This document shows, piece after piece, positions 20,659-31,569 of a stretch of DNA of 64,000 nt. This stretch comes from Gammaproteobacteria bacterium (GTDB taxonomy: Bacteria > Pseudomonadota > Gammaproteobacteria > Eutrophobiales > Eutrophobiaceae), in the NCBI GenBank assembly GCA_965222155.1, contig CBDCTH010000012.1:1184001-1248000 (forward strand), given 5' to 3'. The translations under genes were made by a program, and so were the position numbers. The first letter of the stretch is position 1. Each line of letters opens with the position of its first letter. Under the pieces are notes generated by a model. It made no database searches and was not told where the DNA came from. It saw nothing but the letters and a program-made list of their open reading frames with translations.

Positions 20659-22332
20659 TTAACCCGCAGATTGCAAGTGCCGATTGAGCAGCCCCCTGGC
20701 GATGACGTTGGCCTGGATCTCCGCTGAACCTTCGAATATGTTCAATACTCTGGCATCGCACAATACCCGGGAGATGGCATATTCGATGGCGTAACCATTC
20801 CCCCCGTGGATTTGCAGGGCGTTATCGGCGCAAGACCAAGCCACACGGGCGCCTAACATTTTTGCCATGCCCGCTTCTACGTCACAGCGCCGACCGGTAT
20901 CCACCTGAAGGGCGGCATAATAAACCAGTTGTCTCAACAGCATGATCTCGGCCACCATCCAGCCGATTTTACCGGCCACCCTGGGATAAGACAGGATAGG
21001 TTTGCCGAACTGCACTCGTTGCCTGGCGTAGCGTAAGGCCAACTCCAACGCATTCCGGGCAACGCCGAGACCGCGCGCCGCCGTTTGCAAACGGCCTGTT
21101 TCAAAGGAAGACACGAGCTGCCTGAACCCCTGCCCTTCAACCTCTCCCAGCAGTGCCTTACTGCCTGTCATGAAACGATCAAAACTGACCTCGTACTCTT
21201 TCATGCCGCGGTAGCCCAGCACCGGGATTTCACTGCCGCTCATACCCGCCAGCGGAAAAGGATCAGCGTCCGTACCGGCGGGCTTGTCGATGAGAAACAG
21301 GCTCAGCCCCCTGTGACCTTTGTCCTCGGGGTCCGTACGCGCTAGCAGGACCATCAGGTTGGCCCTGGCAGCATGGGTGCTCCAGGTTTTGTTGCCGGTT
21401 ATTGCATAGCCGTCGGCGGTTTTCACAGCCCTCGTTTTCACTCCCGCCAAGTCAGAGCCGGCATCTGGTTCGGTAACCAGCACCGCCGGCAGCACTTCAG
21501 CGGATGCAATACCTGGCAGGTAACGTCTCTTCTGCTCCTCGGTCCCGGCTTTCAGTATCAACTCAGCAGCTATCTCGGAGCGCGTGGCCAACGAACCCAC
21601 GCCGAGAAACCCCCTGCTGAGTTCTTCCGTGATAACACACATAGACAACTTGCCTGTAGCATGACCGGCATATTCTTCCGGGATACAGACTGCAAATACA
21701 CCCAGTTCAGCAAGTTCGTGAATCAATTCGAACGGGATCAGACTATCCTGACGGTGCCAATCATTCGCTCGCCGACTTATTTCTTCATCGGTAAAACGCC
21801 TGAACTGCTCGCTGACCATGGTTAACGTTTTACCCAGTGCCGGTTCGCCAAATTCACCGGTCTGCTCTGCGTCAGCCACCAACTCGACGATGCGCAAACG
21901 ATTTTCATTGGTGTTCCCGTCTTTTATTAACGCGACGATAGAGGCATCGGCCATGAGCTCGGCCAGTATTGCCGGGGCCGGGAAATCACCCGGACGAATC
22001 ACCTCGTCCTGACTCATTGCAATTCCGTGTAATAATTGCTGCAGGTAAGCGCCTGTTCCAACCTTGAATATCGCCTGCTCCAATTCCGTAAAACTGCCCT
22101 GCACCTGTAACTGCTTCGACCAATTCGTCAGTTGCTTAACCGCTTCCAGGTAAGTGGCGACCCAGGCATAGCCGTGGGCAATGAACTGGTGTCGCTCAAG
22201 CGCTGGCGCATCGATGACATTATCCCTGGTCACTTTCTCTGCCAGGATTTCCAGGTAGCCGGACACCAGTTTTTCAATACCGGCGATGGCGTGTTCTGCT
22301 TGTTGTAACTGTATTTCCATACCAGTTTTCAT
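20659..22332 (-). CDS. mcd: Acyl-CoA dehydrogenase, (2S)-methylsuccinyl-CoA dehydrogenase-like
   Basis: N-terminal extension ...QFIAHGYAWVATYLEAVKQL; TEPDAGSDL, GSEIPVLGYRGMKEYE, ARVLNIFEGSAEIQA; exact start uncertain. Confidence 0.7.
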   Translation of the reverse strand: MKTGMEIQLQQAEHAIAGIEKLVSGYLEILAEKVTRDNVIDAPALERHQFIAHGYAWVATYLEAVKQLTNWSKQLQVQGSFTELEQAIFKVGTGAYLQQLLHGIAMSQDEVIRPGDFPAPAILAELMADASIVALIKDGNTNENRLRIVELVADAEQTGEFGEPALGKTLTMVSEQFRRFTDEEISRRANDWHRQDSLIPFELIHELAELGVFAVCIPEEYAGHATGKLSMCVITEELSRGFLGVGSLATRSEIAAELILKAGTEEQKRRYLPGIASAEVLPAVLVTEPDAGSDLAGVKTRAVKTADGYAITGNKTWSTHAARANLMVLLARTDPEDKGHRGLSLFLIDKPAGTDADPFPLAGMSGSEIPVLGYRGMKEYEVSFDRFMTGSKALLGEVEGQGFRQLVSSFETGRLQTAARGLGVARNALELALRYARQRVQFGKPILSYPRVAGKIGWMVAEIMLLRQLVYYAALQVDTGRRCDVEAGMAKMLGARVAWSCADNALQIHGGNGYAIEYAISRVLCDARVLNIFEGSAEIQANVIARGLLNRHLQSAG

Positions 22333-22368
22333 TGTATCAGCCGCACAGGACACCGAGAAAAACCGCGT

Positions 22369-22947
22369 TCAAATATCTACTAATTCCTGCGCCCATCCGG
22401 GCAAGGGGTCACGCAATTTTTCTATTTTCCCGTTACGTACGGTCACAACCGGGACAAAGGGATTATCAGCGCTGGAATTATCCAGCAGGGTGACGTGGTC
22501 GCAGAGGGGAATGACAGATTTGATGAGATGCAGCAATCTTGGGATTCGAGTTTCGATCTTGTCATCGGGTACATTGTGTCCTCCCTCATCCACGCGTTGC
22601 GCCACGCGGGCTTTGTTGAGACTGCTGGATTCCAAGTGGATCATTACCAGGATAACCTGATAACTCAGGGCCTTGGCCTTACCCAAAAAATCTACCTTGG
22701 TCGGGTGCGAAAAGACGGTTTCGAAACAAAAACTACGCCCTTCCATGAGCAGGTTATTTCGTATCTCCTCGACGATCTGCGCAGCCTCGTAGCTGTGGAC
22801 TTCCGCTGACTCGGGAAATAATTCTCTCGCAATCAGGTCGGCATTCACAAAAGGGATTCCGAACGGAGCCAAGCGGGTACGATAAAAAGTACTCTTACCA
22901 GCGCCGTTACCGCCCGCTAACAGCCAGAGCTGTGTGGCATCACTCAA
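22369..22947 (-). CDS. Zeta-toxin-like P-loop kinase
   Basis: LLAGGNGAGKST, FVNAD, FCFETVFSHPTK, RVAQRVDEGGHNVP. Confidence 0.85.
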   Translation of the reverse strand: MSDATQLWLLAGGNGAGKSTFYRTRLAPFGIPFVNADLIARELFPESAEVHSYEAAQIVEEIRNNLLMEGRSFCFETVFSHPTKVDFLGKAKALSYQVILVMIHLESSSLNKARVAQRVDEGGHNVPDDKIETRIPRLLHLIKSVIPLCDHVTLLDNSSADNPFVPVVTVRNGKIEKLRDPLPGWAQELVDI

Positions 22948-23366
22948 TCAACCGCTTCCGGCAGTGGCGTAAAGACTCCGTCATGGAATTGACCAACGAT
23001 CACCCGCCCATCCGCCAGTATCTGCTCGAGTTGGCCGGGATGGCGAGCCGACACTTGATAACGCAATGAACTGGTTGTCACCGATTCCACTAACCTGCCG
23101 CTTTTTCGATCACGCTCCAGGTCTGAAAATACCTCCTCAGGAGCAATAGCGGTAGCTTCAACCGGCTCAATTTTCAAACGAACCAGACCTGCGCTGAACT
23201 CAAGCAGAGTATCCTTGTTAATTATTTTGGATACGTTGCGACCGATACTCGCCCAGTATTCAATTTGCTCCGCCGCACTACGGTGCTGGCGTTGACCGGC
23301 AGTTGCCGCTGCCTGCATAAGCTCTGATTGCAGTCGTACGGGGGATGCAGCTTTGGGCACAGTCAT
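22944..23366 (-). CDS. ParD-like antitoxin partner of the zeta-like toxin
   Basis: SPVRLQSELM...QHRSAAEQIEYWASIGR motif; 4-nt overlap with toxin. Confidence 0.8.
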   Translation of the reverse strand: MTVPKAASPVRLQSELMQAAATAGQRQHRSAAEQIEYWASIGRNVSKIINKDTLLEFSAGLVRLKIEPVEATAIAPEEVFSDLERDRKSGRLVESVTTSSLRYQVSARHPGQLEQILADGRVIVGQFHDGVFTPLPEAVD

Positions 23367-23389
23367 ACTCCTTTTCCAGTAATGAAGTA

Positions 23390-23409
23390 TAATTGTAGCA
23401 GATTGCTAC
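23390..23409 (-). promoter_or_regulatory. Extended -10 promoter (TGCTACAAT) overlapped by GTAGCA-N3-TGCTAC operator of the TA operon
   Basis: Motifs read on minus strand; AAGGAG RBS precedes ATG 23366. Confidence 0.55.
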
Positions 23410-23421
23410 TTATAAGAAAAT

Positions 23422-24003
23422 CCCAAATCCCGCGTTAGAGATTTGAAACGGGCACTTAAGGCGCATTCTGTCTGTTTGTAGTGCCTTACTCAATAGCGTG
23501 GTCAGGGCGATAAGACAGGCAGGGGTGGCCTGACCGTCTACCGCCTCCCCGTCCCGACACAATGGCTGCCAGACCGTCTCCGCGAGATGCCCCAGCATCG
23601 GCATAGTCCCTTGACGCTTCAAATACGTCCATTGCGCCGCCCGCTTCTCAGCAAACACCGGCGTCGCATCCATGTCCAGCGTCACCCAAAGTCAACTCCA
23701 ACACCCGCCGGTTGACTTCCACCAACGCCTTGATACCGACCTCGTCCTTACCCAGGCGCCGCAACCAGTCCCCCAACATGTCCGCGCTCGGTAGCCGCCG
23801 CAACCCTGATAACTTCCATAATGCCTTGTCTTGCCGGATAGGCCGCACGTCCTCCAAACAACGCGCCCCGTCGTGCAACATCAGCATCCATACGGCCACC
23901 ACCTCAGCAAGCCGATAACCCCGGTTGCTGCCCGTGAAATTGTACAAGTCATTATACAGACAAGGCTTTTTTGATTCCCGCACTTTCTAATGCGGAATTA
24001 GGG
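23422..24003 (-). mobile_element. Internally deleted IS1380-family element (~580 bp)
   Basis: Imperfect TIRs CCCAAATCCCGCGTTAGA / CCCTAATTCCGCATTAGA; transposase fragments GARCLEDVRPIRQD...LGDWLRRLG and TLDMDAT. Confidence 0.75.
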
Positions 24004-24188
24004 ATGGGGGTTGACATTGACATCATCGAGGTACTGCGCTACTCTAAGACACCATGGTGAAGAGACAAGATATGTATTTGCTTCCCGGGATGGAGGCTTG
24101 CGGTAACGGGCTGACCGGTCTGAGGTGGCGCATCTGTGTTATCGCGGCACTGCTGGCCTTCAGCGGCCTATCAGCCAACGCTGCTAAT

Positions 24189-24221
<33 letters not shown>

Positions 24222-24264
24222 TCATAGTTTTTTTGATCAGTCAGGCTATGCTGCCGTGGCTTTG

Positions 24265-24345
24265 GCTGCTGACATCACCGCCCTGACCCCTGTGAGCCAG
24301 CAACTCGCCCGCCGGGTCATCGAGGCCTGGACCTGCGTCACCAAC
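24265..24345 (+). pseudogene. Short fragment of another M10 protease paralog
   Basis: ADITALTPVSQQLARRVIEAWTCVT matches ANITALTSVGQQLARWALEAWTSVA of the 17159-20550 gene. Confidence 0.65.
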
Positions 24346-24454
24346 AGCGGCTTATAAAACCGGGGCGTTGCTGTAGGCGGCCCCGCCTGCTGAGTCTCGT
24401 TGAGATGGAGCCAGGATCCTGGCTCCATCTTTTCAAAGAAGGAGGAAGATAGTC

Positions 24455-27400
24455 ATGCCCATCATCAGAGAGAAATCCCCCGGCGCAACAGCTGACATCA
24501 CCACCCCGGCGGCAATGGCCGTGGGCGATGTGTTTTTCGGGAAGACCGAGGCGGACCACCCCAAAGATTGGATTCGCATTGAGCTTGAGGCCGGCGCCCG
24601 TTATGTGCTTCTCCTCTATAACGACCACGGCACCGAAGCTCGACAGCAGTTAAGCAACTCCTTTCTCGAGGTTTTCGACTCGCAAGGCCACCGTCTCGCG
24701 TTCGACGACGACAGTGGGTCAGGCTATGGATCCATGTTGACTTTCACTGCTCCCACGACCGGCGCCTACTACATCGGGGCCGGTAACCACAACGAGCGCC
24801 GATCAACCCCTCCCTACGGGGATCCGGGAGCCTACCTGCTCTCGGTTGCCACAGACACGGCCCAAGATGAGATGGCCGATTATATGGTGCGCAAGTACCC
24901 ATACCTCGTAGGTGGTTTTAAGCCGCCTCACGCCTTCAATGTCACCCCCGGCGACACCCTGACCGTCGATATCAGCGGCCTGAGCACCACCGGGCAATAC
25001 CTCGCCCGTGCGGCCCTGGAAGCCTGGAGCACCGCCACCGGCCTTAACTTCGAGCTGGTCGAGAGTAACGCCCAGATTACCATCGACGATAACCATCGCG
25101 GCGCTTACGAAGCGACCACCACCTCTGACCAGCCTACCACCGAGATCGTCCAGTCCTCCATCAATATCGGGACGAACGTGCTGGCCAGATACGGCAGCAC
25201 GGTAGGCAGCTATGCGTTTCGGACCTTTATGCACGAAATCGGCCATGCCCTGGGGCTGGGCCATCCCGGCAGCTACAACGGCCCCACTACCTGGTCCGAC
25301 AATATCCTCCACAAGTTCGAGATCGACTCCTTTCAGACCTCGGTGATGTCCTATTTCGACCAGCAGCAGAATACCGATGTCGATGCCAGCTATGCGGTGC
25401 CGGTCACGCCGATGCTAGTCGACCTCCTGGCCATTCAGCGACTCTATGGCGCACCTCCCAGCGTCCATGCCGGTGATACCGTGTATGGCTACCAGTCCAA
25501 TGTAGGGGGCTACCTGGAGCGTGTTTTCTCCTTGCTGACCCGTGTCCCTTCCCCGGACGGTATTGAACAGGCGCGCTTTTATGCACTGGCGCTGGGCGAC
25601 CTGAACGGTGACGGCCACATGGACCTGGTCGCCGGCAATAAGGACACCGACCAGCTGCTCTATTTTGAAGGCGCCGGCGCGCTTTCCTTCGAGGATTTCG
25701 CGCAGTTCGTGGCGCGCAGCGGGGCGGCCAACCCCTTCGAAGGCAGCGCGCTGGATGTTATCGATGCCGCGTTGGTCGATATCGATGGTGATGGCGACCT
25801 GGACGCCGTGTTCAGCACCAACGACAGTAACTCGTACCGTTATTTCGAGAATACGGGGACAGCCACCCTGGCATCGTTCACCGAACGCACGGGGCGGGAC
25901 AATCCTTTTGACGCCGTGTCTTCTTCGAACAACCGTCAGTTCACTCTGGCTGACATCGATGGGGACGGCGACCTGGATATCTTCAATGGGAGTGATGTCG
26001 GGATCTCCTATCTCGTCAAAAACGTTGGCAGTCCTACTGTTGCACGATTCCGTGACTCGATTATACCGGGCGCCACTGATGCGGGCATCGACTCTGCGCC
26101 GGCGCTTGCTGATTTGGATGAGGACGGTGACCTGGACCTCATAGCAGGAAATTCATACGGGATCCTCATTTTCTTCGAGAACGTCGGCAGCCGGAGTGCG
26201 GCGCGCTTCGAGAAACGGTACGGGGAGGAGAACCCGTTTGCTGACATCAACGTGAAGCCGGGCACCGCCCCTGCTTTTGCTGACCTGGACGGGGACGGCG
26301 ACCTGGACGGGATCGCGGTGGGCCCGGCAGGAGTGCCGATATTCATTGAGAACATCGGCACGGCCACCAAGCCGTTCTATTACTCACACAGTGGTATCCG
26401 CCCGGTGGCGTTGACCCTGCACGATACCGACGGTCATGACACGCTGGACGTACGCACGGACCGCGCCGACCAGCACATCGACCTGCGCCCGGAAGGTATC
26501 TCCAGCGTTTACGGGCTGAAGGGCAACTGGGTGATTGCGCGGGGCACAATCATCGAAGATGTAGTGGCCGGTTCGGGCGCTGACCACATTACCGGCAATG
26601 CGGTGGCCAACCGCCTGGAGGGGGGTACGGGTGCGGACACGCTGGAAGGCGGCGCCGGGGCGGATACCTTTGCCTACAGCAACGCGGCGGACTCGACCGT
26701 GGCCAATCCGGACCGCATCCTGGACTTCTCAGGCAGTGGCGGGGACGGTGACCACCTGGACCTGTCCGGCCTGGGCAACGACCTGATCGTTTATTGGGAC
26801 AACGGCCTTCTCCAACAGTGCGGGCGAGGTGCGCTCTGTGCAGCGCGGCGCGGCCACAAGCAACACCGGCGATGATTACACCGACGTGCTGGTGGACCTG
26901 AACGGCGACGGTACAGCGAACGTCAAAGTGACTCTGGCCGGGCTGCACAGCCTGACGCTGGATGACCTGGTGGGCGTACAGGCACCGGCTCCGGTAGTGG
27001 TCAAGGCTCAGGACATCGACGGCACACCGGGCGATGATACGTTGGTGGGCGATGACCAGGCCAACGTCCTGCGCGGCCTGGCCGGGGACGACACCCTTGA
27101 AGGCCAGGCCGGGGCCGATACCCTGGACGGGGGCAGCGGGGCGGACACCGCGGCCTACACCGACTCGGACGCCGCGGTGCAGGTGGACCTGGACGTCGGG
27201 ACGGCCACGGGCGGTCATGCCCAGGGTGACACCCTGACGAGCATTGAGCACCTGCGCGGCTCGGCGCACGCGGATACGTTACGCGGGGACAACAGCGCCA
27301 ACCGGCTGTGGGGCGGCGCCGGGGCGGACAAGCTGGTGGGGCTGGGTGGGGATGACCGCTTGTATGGCGAGGCGGGCGCTGACCGCCTGTTCGGCAGCTG

Positions 27401-28567
27401 GGGGGACGACGTACTGGAGGGCGGCGCCGGCGCGGACGTACTGGACGGTGAAGGCGGTACCGATACGCTGTCCTATGCCGGCTCGGCGTCAGGGGTGGCG
27501 GTCAACCTGGCTACCGGTACGGTATCGGGCGGGGATGCCCAGGGTGACACGATTGCCAGTGTTGAGAACGTGCTCGGCTCGGCGCAGGGCCGATGTGCTG
27601 GTCGGGAACGGCAGCGCCAACCGGCTGGACGGCGGCGGCGGGGCGGATACCTTACGCGGGGCCGGCGGCGCCGATACGCTGGTGGGCGGCGGCGGGGCGG
27701 ACACCTTCCACTACAAGGCGGCGGCGGACTCGACCGTAACCAACCCGGACCGCATCCTGGACTTCTCAGGCAGTAGCGGCGACGGCGACCAACTGGACTT
27801 ATCCGGCCTGGGCAACGACCTGACGTTTATTGGGACAACGGCTTTCTCCAACAGTGCGGGCGAGGTACGCTATGTACAGCGCGGCGCGGACACGAACACT
27901 GATGCGAGCGATGATTACACCGACGTACTGGTGGACCTGGACGGCAACGGCACGGCGAATGTCAAGCTCACCCTGGTCGGATTACACAGCCTGACGCTGG
28001 ATGACCTGCCGGGCGTGCAGGCGCCGCCGGCCCCGGTGGTCAAGCCCCGGGACATCGACGGCACACCGGGGGATGATACGTTGGTGGGCGATGCCCAGGC
28101 CAACGTCCTGCGCGGCCTGGCCGGGGACGACGTGCTAGACGGCCAGGCCGGGGCCGACACCCTGGACGGGGGTAGCGGGGCGGACACCGCGGCCTACACC
28201 GACTCGGACGCCGCGGTGCAGGTGGACTTGGACGCCGGGACGGCCACGGGCGGTCATGCCCAGGGCGACACCCTGACGAGTATTGAGCACCTGCGCGGCT
28301 CGGCGCACGCGGATGTGCTGCGCGGGGACAACAGCGCCAACCGGCTGTGGGGCGGCGCCGGGGCGGACAAGCTGGTGGGGCTGTCAGGTCATGACCGCTT
28401 GTATGGCGAGGCGGGTGCTGACCGCCTGTACGGCAGCTGGGGGGACGACGTACTGGAGGGCGGCGCCGGCGCGGACGTACTGGACGGTGAAGGCGGTACC
28501 GACACGCTGTCCTATGCCGGCTCGGCGTCAGGGGTAACGGTCAACCTGGCTACCGGTGCGGTATCGG
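24455..28567 (+). pseudogene. M10 serralysin-like protease 2 (PPC-like domain, catalytic domain, 5 FG-GAP repeats, duplicated RTX module); +1 frameshifts at ~26787 and ~27588; truncated at 28567
   Basis: HEIGHALGLGH, VMSY; GGxGAD repeats; extra T in ACCTGATCGTTT versus ACCTGACGTTT in the duplicate; GGAGG RBS. Confidence 0.85.
26630..28567 (+). repeat. ~1.04-kb tandem duplication of the RTX module
   Basis: Segments offset by ~1037-1039 nt are near-identical (e.g. GACATCGACGGCACACCGGG at 27012 and 28051). Confidence 0.85.
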
Positions 28568-30814
28568 CCCGGCGCCGCCCACCAGCGTATCGGCGCCGGC
28601 GCCGCCGTCCAGCGTGTCCGCACCCGCACCCCCCTCCAGGCGGTTGGCCGCCGCATTGCCGGTAATGTGGTCAGCGCCCGAACCGGCCACTACATCTTCG
28701 ATGATTGTGCCCCGCGCAATCACCCAGTTGCCCTGCAACCCGTAAACGCTGGAGATACCTTCCGGACGCAGGTCGATGCGTTGGTCGGCCGTGTCCGTGC
28801 GTACGTCCAGCGTGTCGTGACCGTCGGTATCGTGCAGGGTCAACGCCACCGGGCGGATACCACTGTGTGAGTAATACAGCGGCTTGGTGGCCGTGCCGAT
28901 GTTCTCAATGAATATCGGATCCCCGTCCGGGCTGACACCGACCCCGTCCAGGTCGCCGTCCCCGTCCAGGTCGGTAAAAGAGAGCGTCGTCCCCGGCTTT
29001 ATCTCCTTGAAGTCAAAAAACGGGTTGTTTACCGCACGTACATACTCGAATTGCGACGCGGTGCGGCTGCCGATGTTCCTGTAGAAAATGGATGACCCAA
29101 ATGAGTTTCCCGCTATGAGGTCCAGATCACCGTCTCCATCGATGTCAACGAAAACAGGCGCGGAGTCAGAACCCGCATCGAAGATGCTTTCAGAGTCACC
29201 ATATATTATTCTGATGGGACTGGCTCTCGTAAATCGCGGTACAGTGCGACTGCCTGCGTTTTCATGGGGAAAGACGCCCCCCATTTCACTCCCTGCTATG
29301 AAGTCCAGGTCGCCGTCTCCATCGATGTCAGCCAGAGTGAACTTATGGTTGACCGGATAGTTGTCCGAATACATGGCGCCAAAAGGATTGTCCCGCCCCG
29401 TGCGTTCGGTGAACGATGCTACGGTGGCTGTCCCCGTGTTCTCGAAATAACGGTACGAGTTACTGTCGTTGGTGCTGAACACGGCGTCCAGGTCGCCATC
29501 ACCATCGATATCGACCAACGCGGCATCGATAACATCCAGTGCGATGCCTTCGAAGGGGTTGGCCGCCCCGCTGCGCGCCACGAACTGCGCGAAATCCTCG
29601 AAGGAAAGATCGCCGGTGCCTTCAAAATAGAGCAGCTGGTCGGTGTCTTTATTGCCGGCGACCAGGTCCATGTAGCCGTCGCCATTCAGGTCGCCGAGCA
29701 CGGGCGCCTGGAAGCGAGCATGCATGATATTGTCCGCGGCATCGCTACGGGTCAGCGTGAGGAACACGCGCTCCAGGTAGCCCCCTACATTGGACTGGTA
29801 GCCATACACGGTATCACCGGCATGGACGCTGGGAGGTGCGCCATAGAGTCGCTGAATGGCCAGGAGGTCGACCAGCATCGGCGTGACCGGCACCGCATAG
29901 CTGGCATCGACATCGGTATTCTCCTCCTGGTCGAAATAGGACATCAGGGTGAACTGAAAGGAGTCGATCTTATACTTGGCGGAGATGCGGTCGGTATAGG
30001 AAGCGAAGCCGTTGTAGCTGCCGGCATGCCCGAGACCCAGGGCATGGCCGATTTCGTGTATGAAGGTCCGGAACCCATAGCTGCCTACCGTGCTGCCTCT
30101 ACCGACCAGCCAGTCCGTGCCGATATTGATGTGGGACTTAATGATCTCGGTGGGATCCTGGTTAGAGGTGGTGGTCGATTCGTAAGCGCCGCGATAGTTA
30201 TCGTCGATAGTAATCTGGGCGTTACTCTCGACCAGATCGAAGTTAAGGCCGGTGGCGGTGCTCCAGGCATCCAGGGCCGCACGGGCGAGGTATTGCCCGG
30301 TGGTGCTCAGGCCGTCGATATCGACGGTCAGGGTGCCGCCGGGCGCCACGTCAAAGGCAGCAGGGGGGGCACGACTGAACTCGTAGGCTATAAAGTCAGC
30401 CATCCTGTCCTCGGGGGTATCCTGGGAGACTATGAGCTGGTACCAGCCGGGACGTGCGGTAAAGCTGTCGTCTGCGTGGCTGACGCCGAGGTAATAGGTG
30501 TCGGTCGTGGGCGCAGTGAAAGACAACTTGGCTGAAATGCCATGATTTCCGCCTTCGGGAGCGAGTCTGGCCTGGGATGCGAGACGGTGGCCTTGTGCGT
30601 CGAACACCTCGACAACGGGGAGGATCAGTTCCGACTCTGAATAACCAGGCTTGAGAAGAATCACATAGCGGACGCCGGCCTCCAGGTCAATGGCAATCCA
30701 GTCCTTGGGCTGGGCCTTTTCAGTCTTCCCGATGAACATATCGTCCACGGCCATTACAGCCCGGGTGGTGGTGTCAGCTGTTGCGCCGGGGGATTTCTCT
30801 CTGGTGATGGCCAT
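28550..30814 (-). pseudogene. M10 serralysin-like protease 3, truncated after the first RTX repeats at the junction with protease 2
   Basis: MAITREKSPGATAD start like protease 2; HEIGHALGLGH; 5 FG-GAP repeats; ends ...GGAGADTLVGGAG at the junction. Confidence 0.85.
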
Positions 30815-30882
30815 GGTTATTTCCCCCCTTCTTCGATGCCATAGCCCGGCGCACCTAGCTCGTCTGACCCCTGCCTAAAGTA

Positions 30883-30905
30883 CCCCCCCCCCCCCCCCCC
30901 CCCCC
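30883..30905. repeat. C23 homopolymer (G23 on coding strand) ~70 nt upstream of protease 3 start
   Basis: Counted directly. Confidence 0.9.
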
Positions 30906-31137
30906 GATACAGAGGAGAATACGGCTTGCATGAATGCTGAAAGTGGAAAAGCGTCAAGGTAAGACTACCAAAGTTTTGCCTTGCTGCCGAGCAATTATCC
31001 CGGGGTGTTAGCCCAAAGCTGTACTGTTCCCTTTTAACATAATCGGGGGAGAAGATATCGATGAGGAATGCCATTACGATAAGTATAGCAGAATTCGACC
31101 GGTTAGCCCGGATATGTCAGCGGGGGGGCCTGCAGCA

Positions 31138-31293
31138 GCTCCCGCTGACATATCCAGGATCGATGGCATCCTGCCCTCGTGGAGGACGAGACGCCCTCCA
31201 GGGAAACATGCCCCTTTATGATCAGGAACTTGGGGGACAGATTTAAATCTGTCCCCCTTGTCTTAAACTGTATTGACCTCGATTTAGCGGGAA
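31138..31293. repeat. MITE-like element family B, copy 2
   Basis: Same ends and internal palindromes as 2309-2472. Confidence 0.85.
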
Positions 31294-31569
31294 TGGCTGG
31301 GTGGCCTGTAGCCTGCTGCAGGCAGCGGCGACTATCCAGGCTGGACCCAGGGTTCCGGGTGGTGTGCTGTGACGGATAGGATAGGTTGAGGTGATTTGAG
31401 GCGAGCGGGGTCGTTGCCCGCTGGCCTGTCTTCCGCTGGGACGGTTTGCTCGCCTGGCCTGTCATTCCGAATAGTCCGTATTATGGTTCTGTTTAGACCA
31501 AGATTTTCCGCTTTCGCTAACCTAAACTGCACGATCAGGTGTCCATGTGAGTTGATTAGGAGAAATAAA

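Noticed and set aside
29264-30535. Long antisense ORFs (423 aa here; 16844-17818; many within the helicase and yej genes)
   Set aside because: Shadow frames of GC-rich genes with clear motifs on the opposite strand
24455-30814. Diversity-generating retroelement or invertase shufflon behind the protease mosaic
   Set aside because: No reverse transcriptase or site-specific recombinase in the window, and differences are not visibly adenine-specific
31396-31569. N-terminal extensions in the ORF track (TonB receptor, sulfatase, yejA, yejF, gor, TVP38, ccsA-like)
   Set aside because: Downstream ATGs give proper signal peptides or family-typical starts
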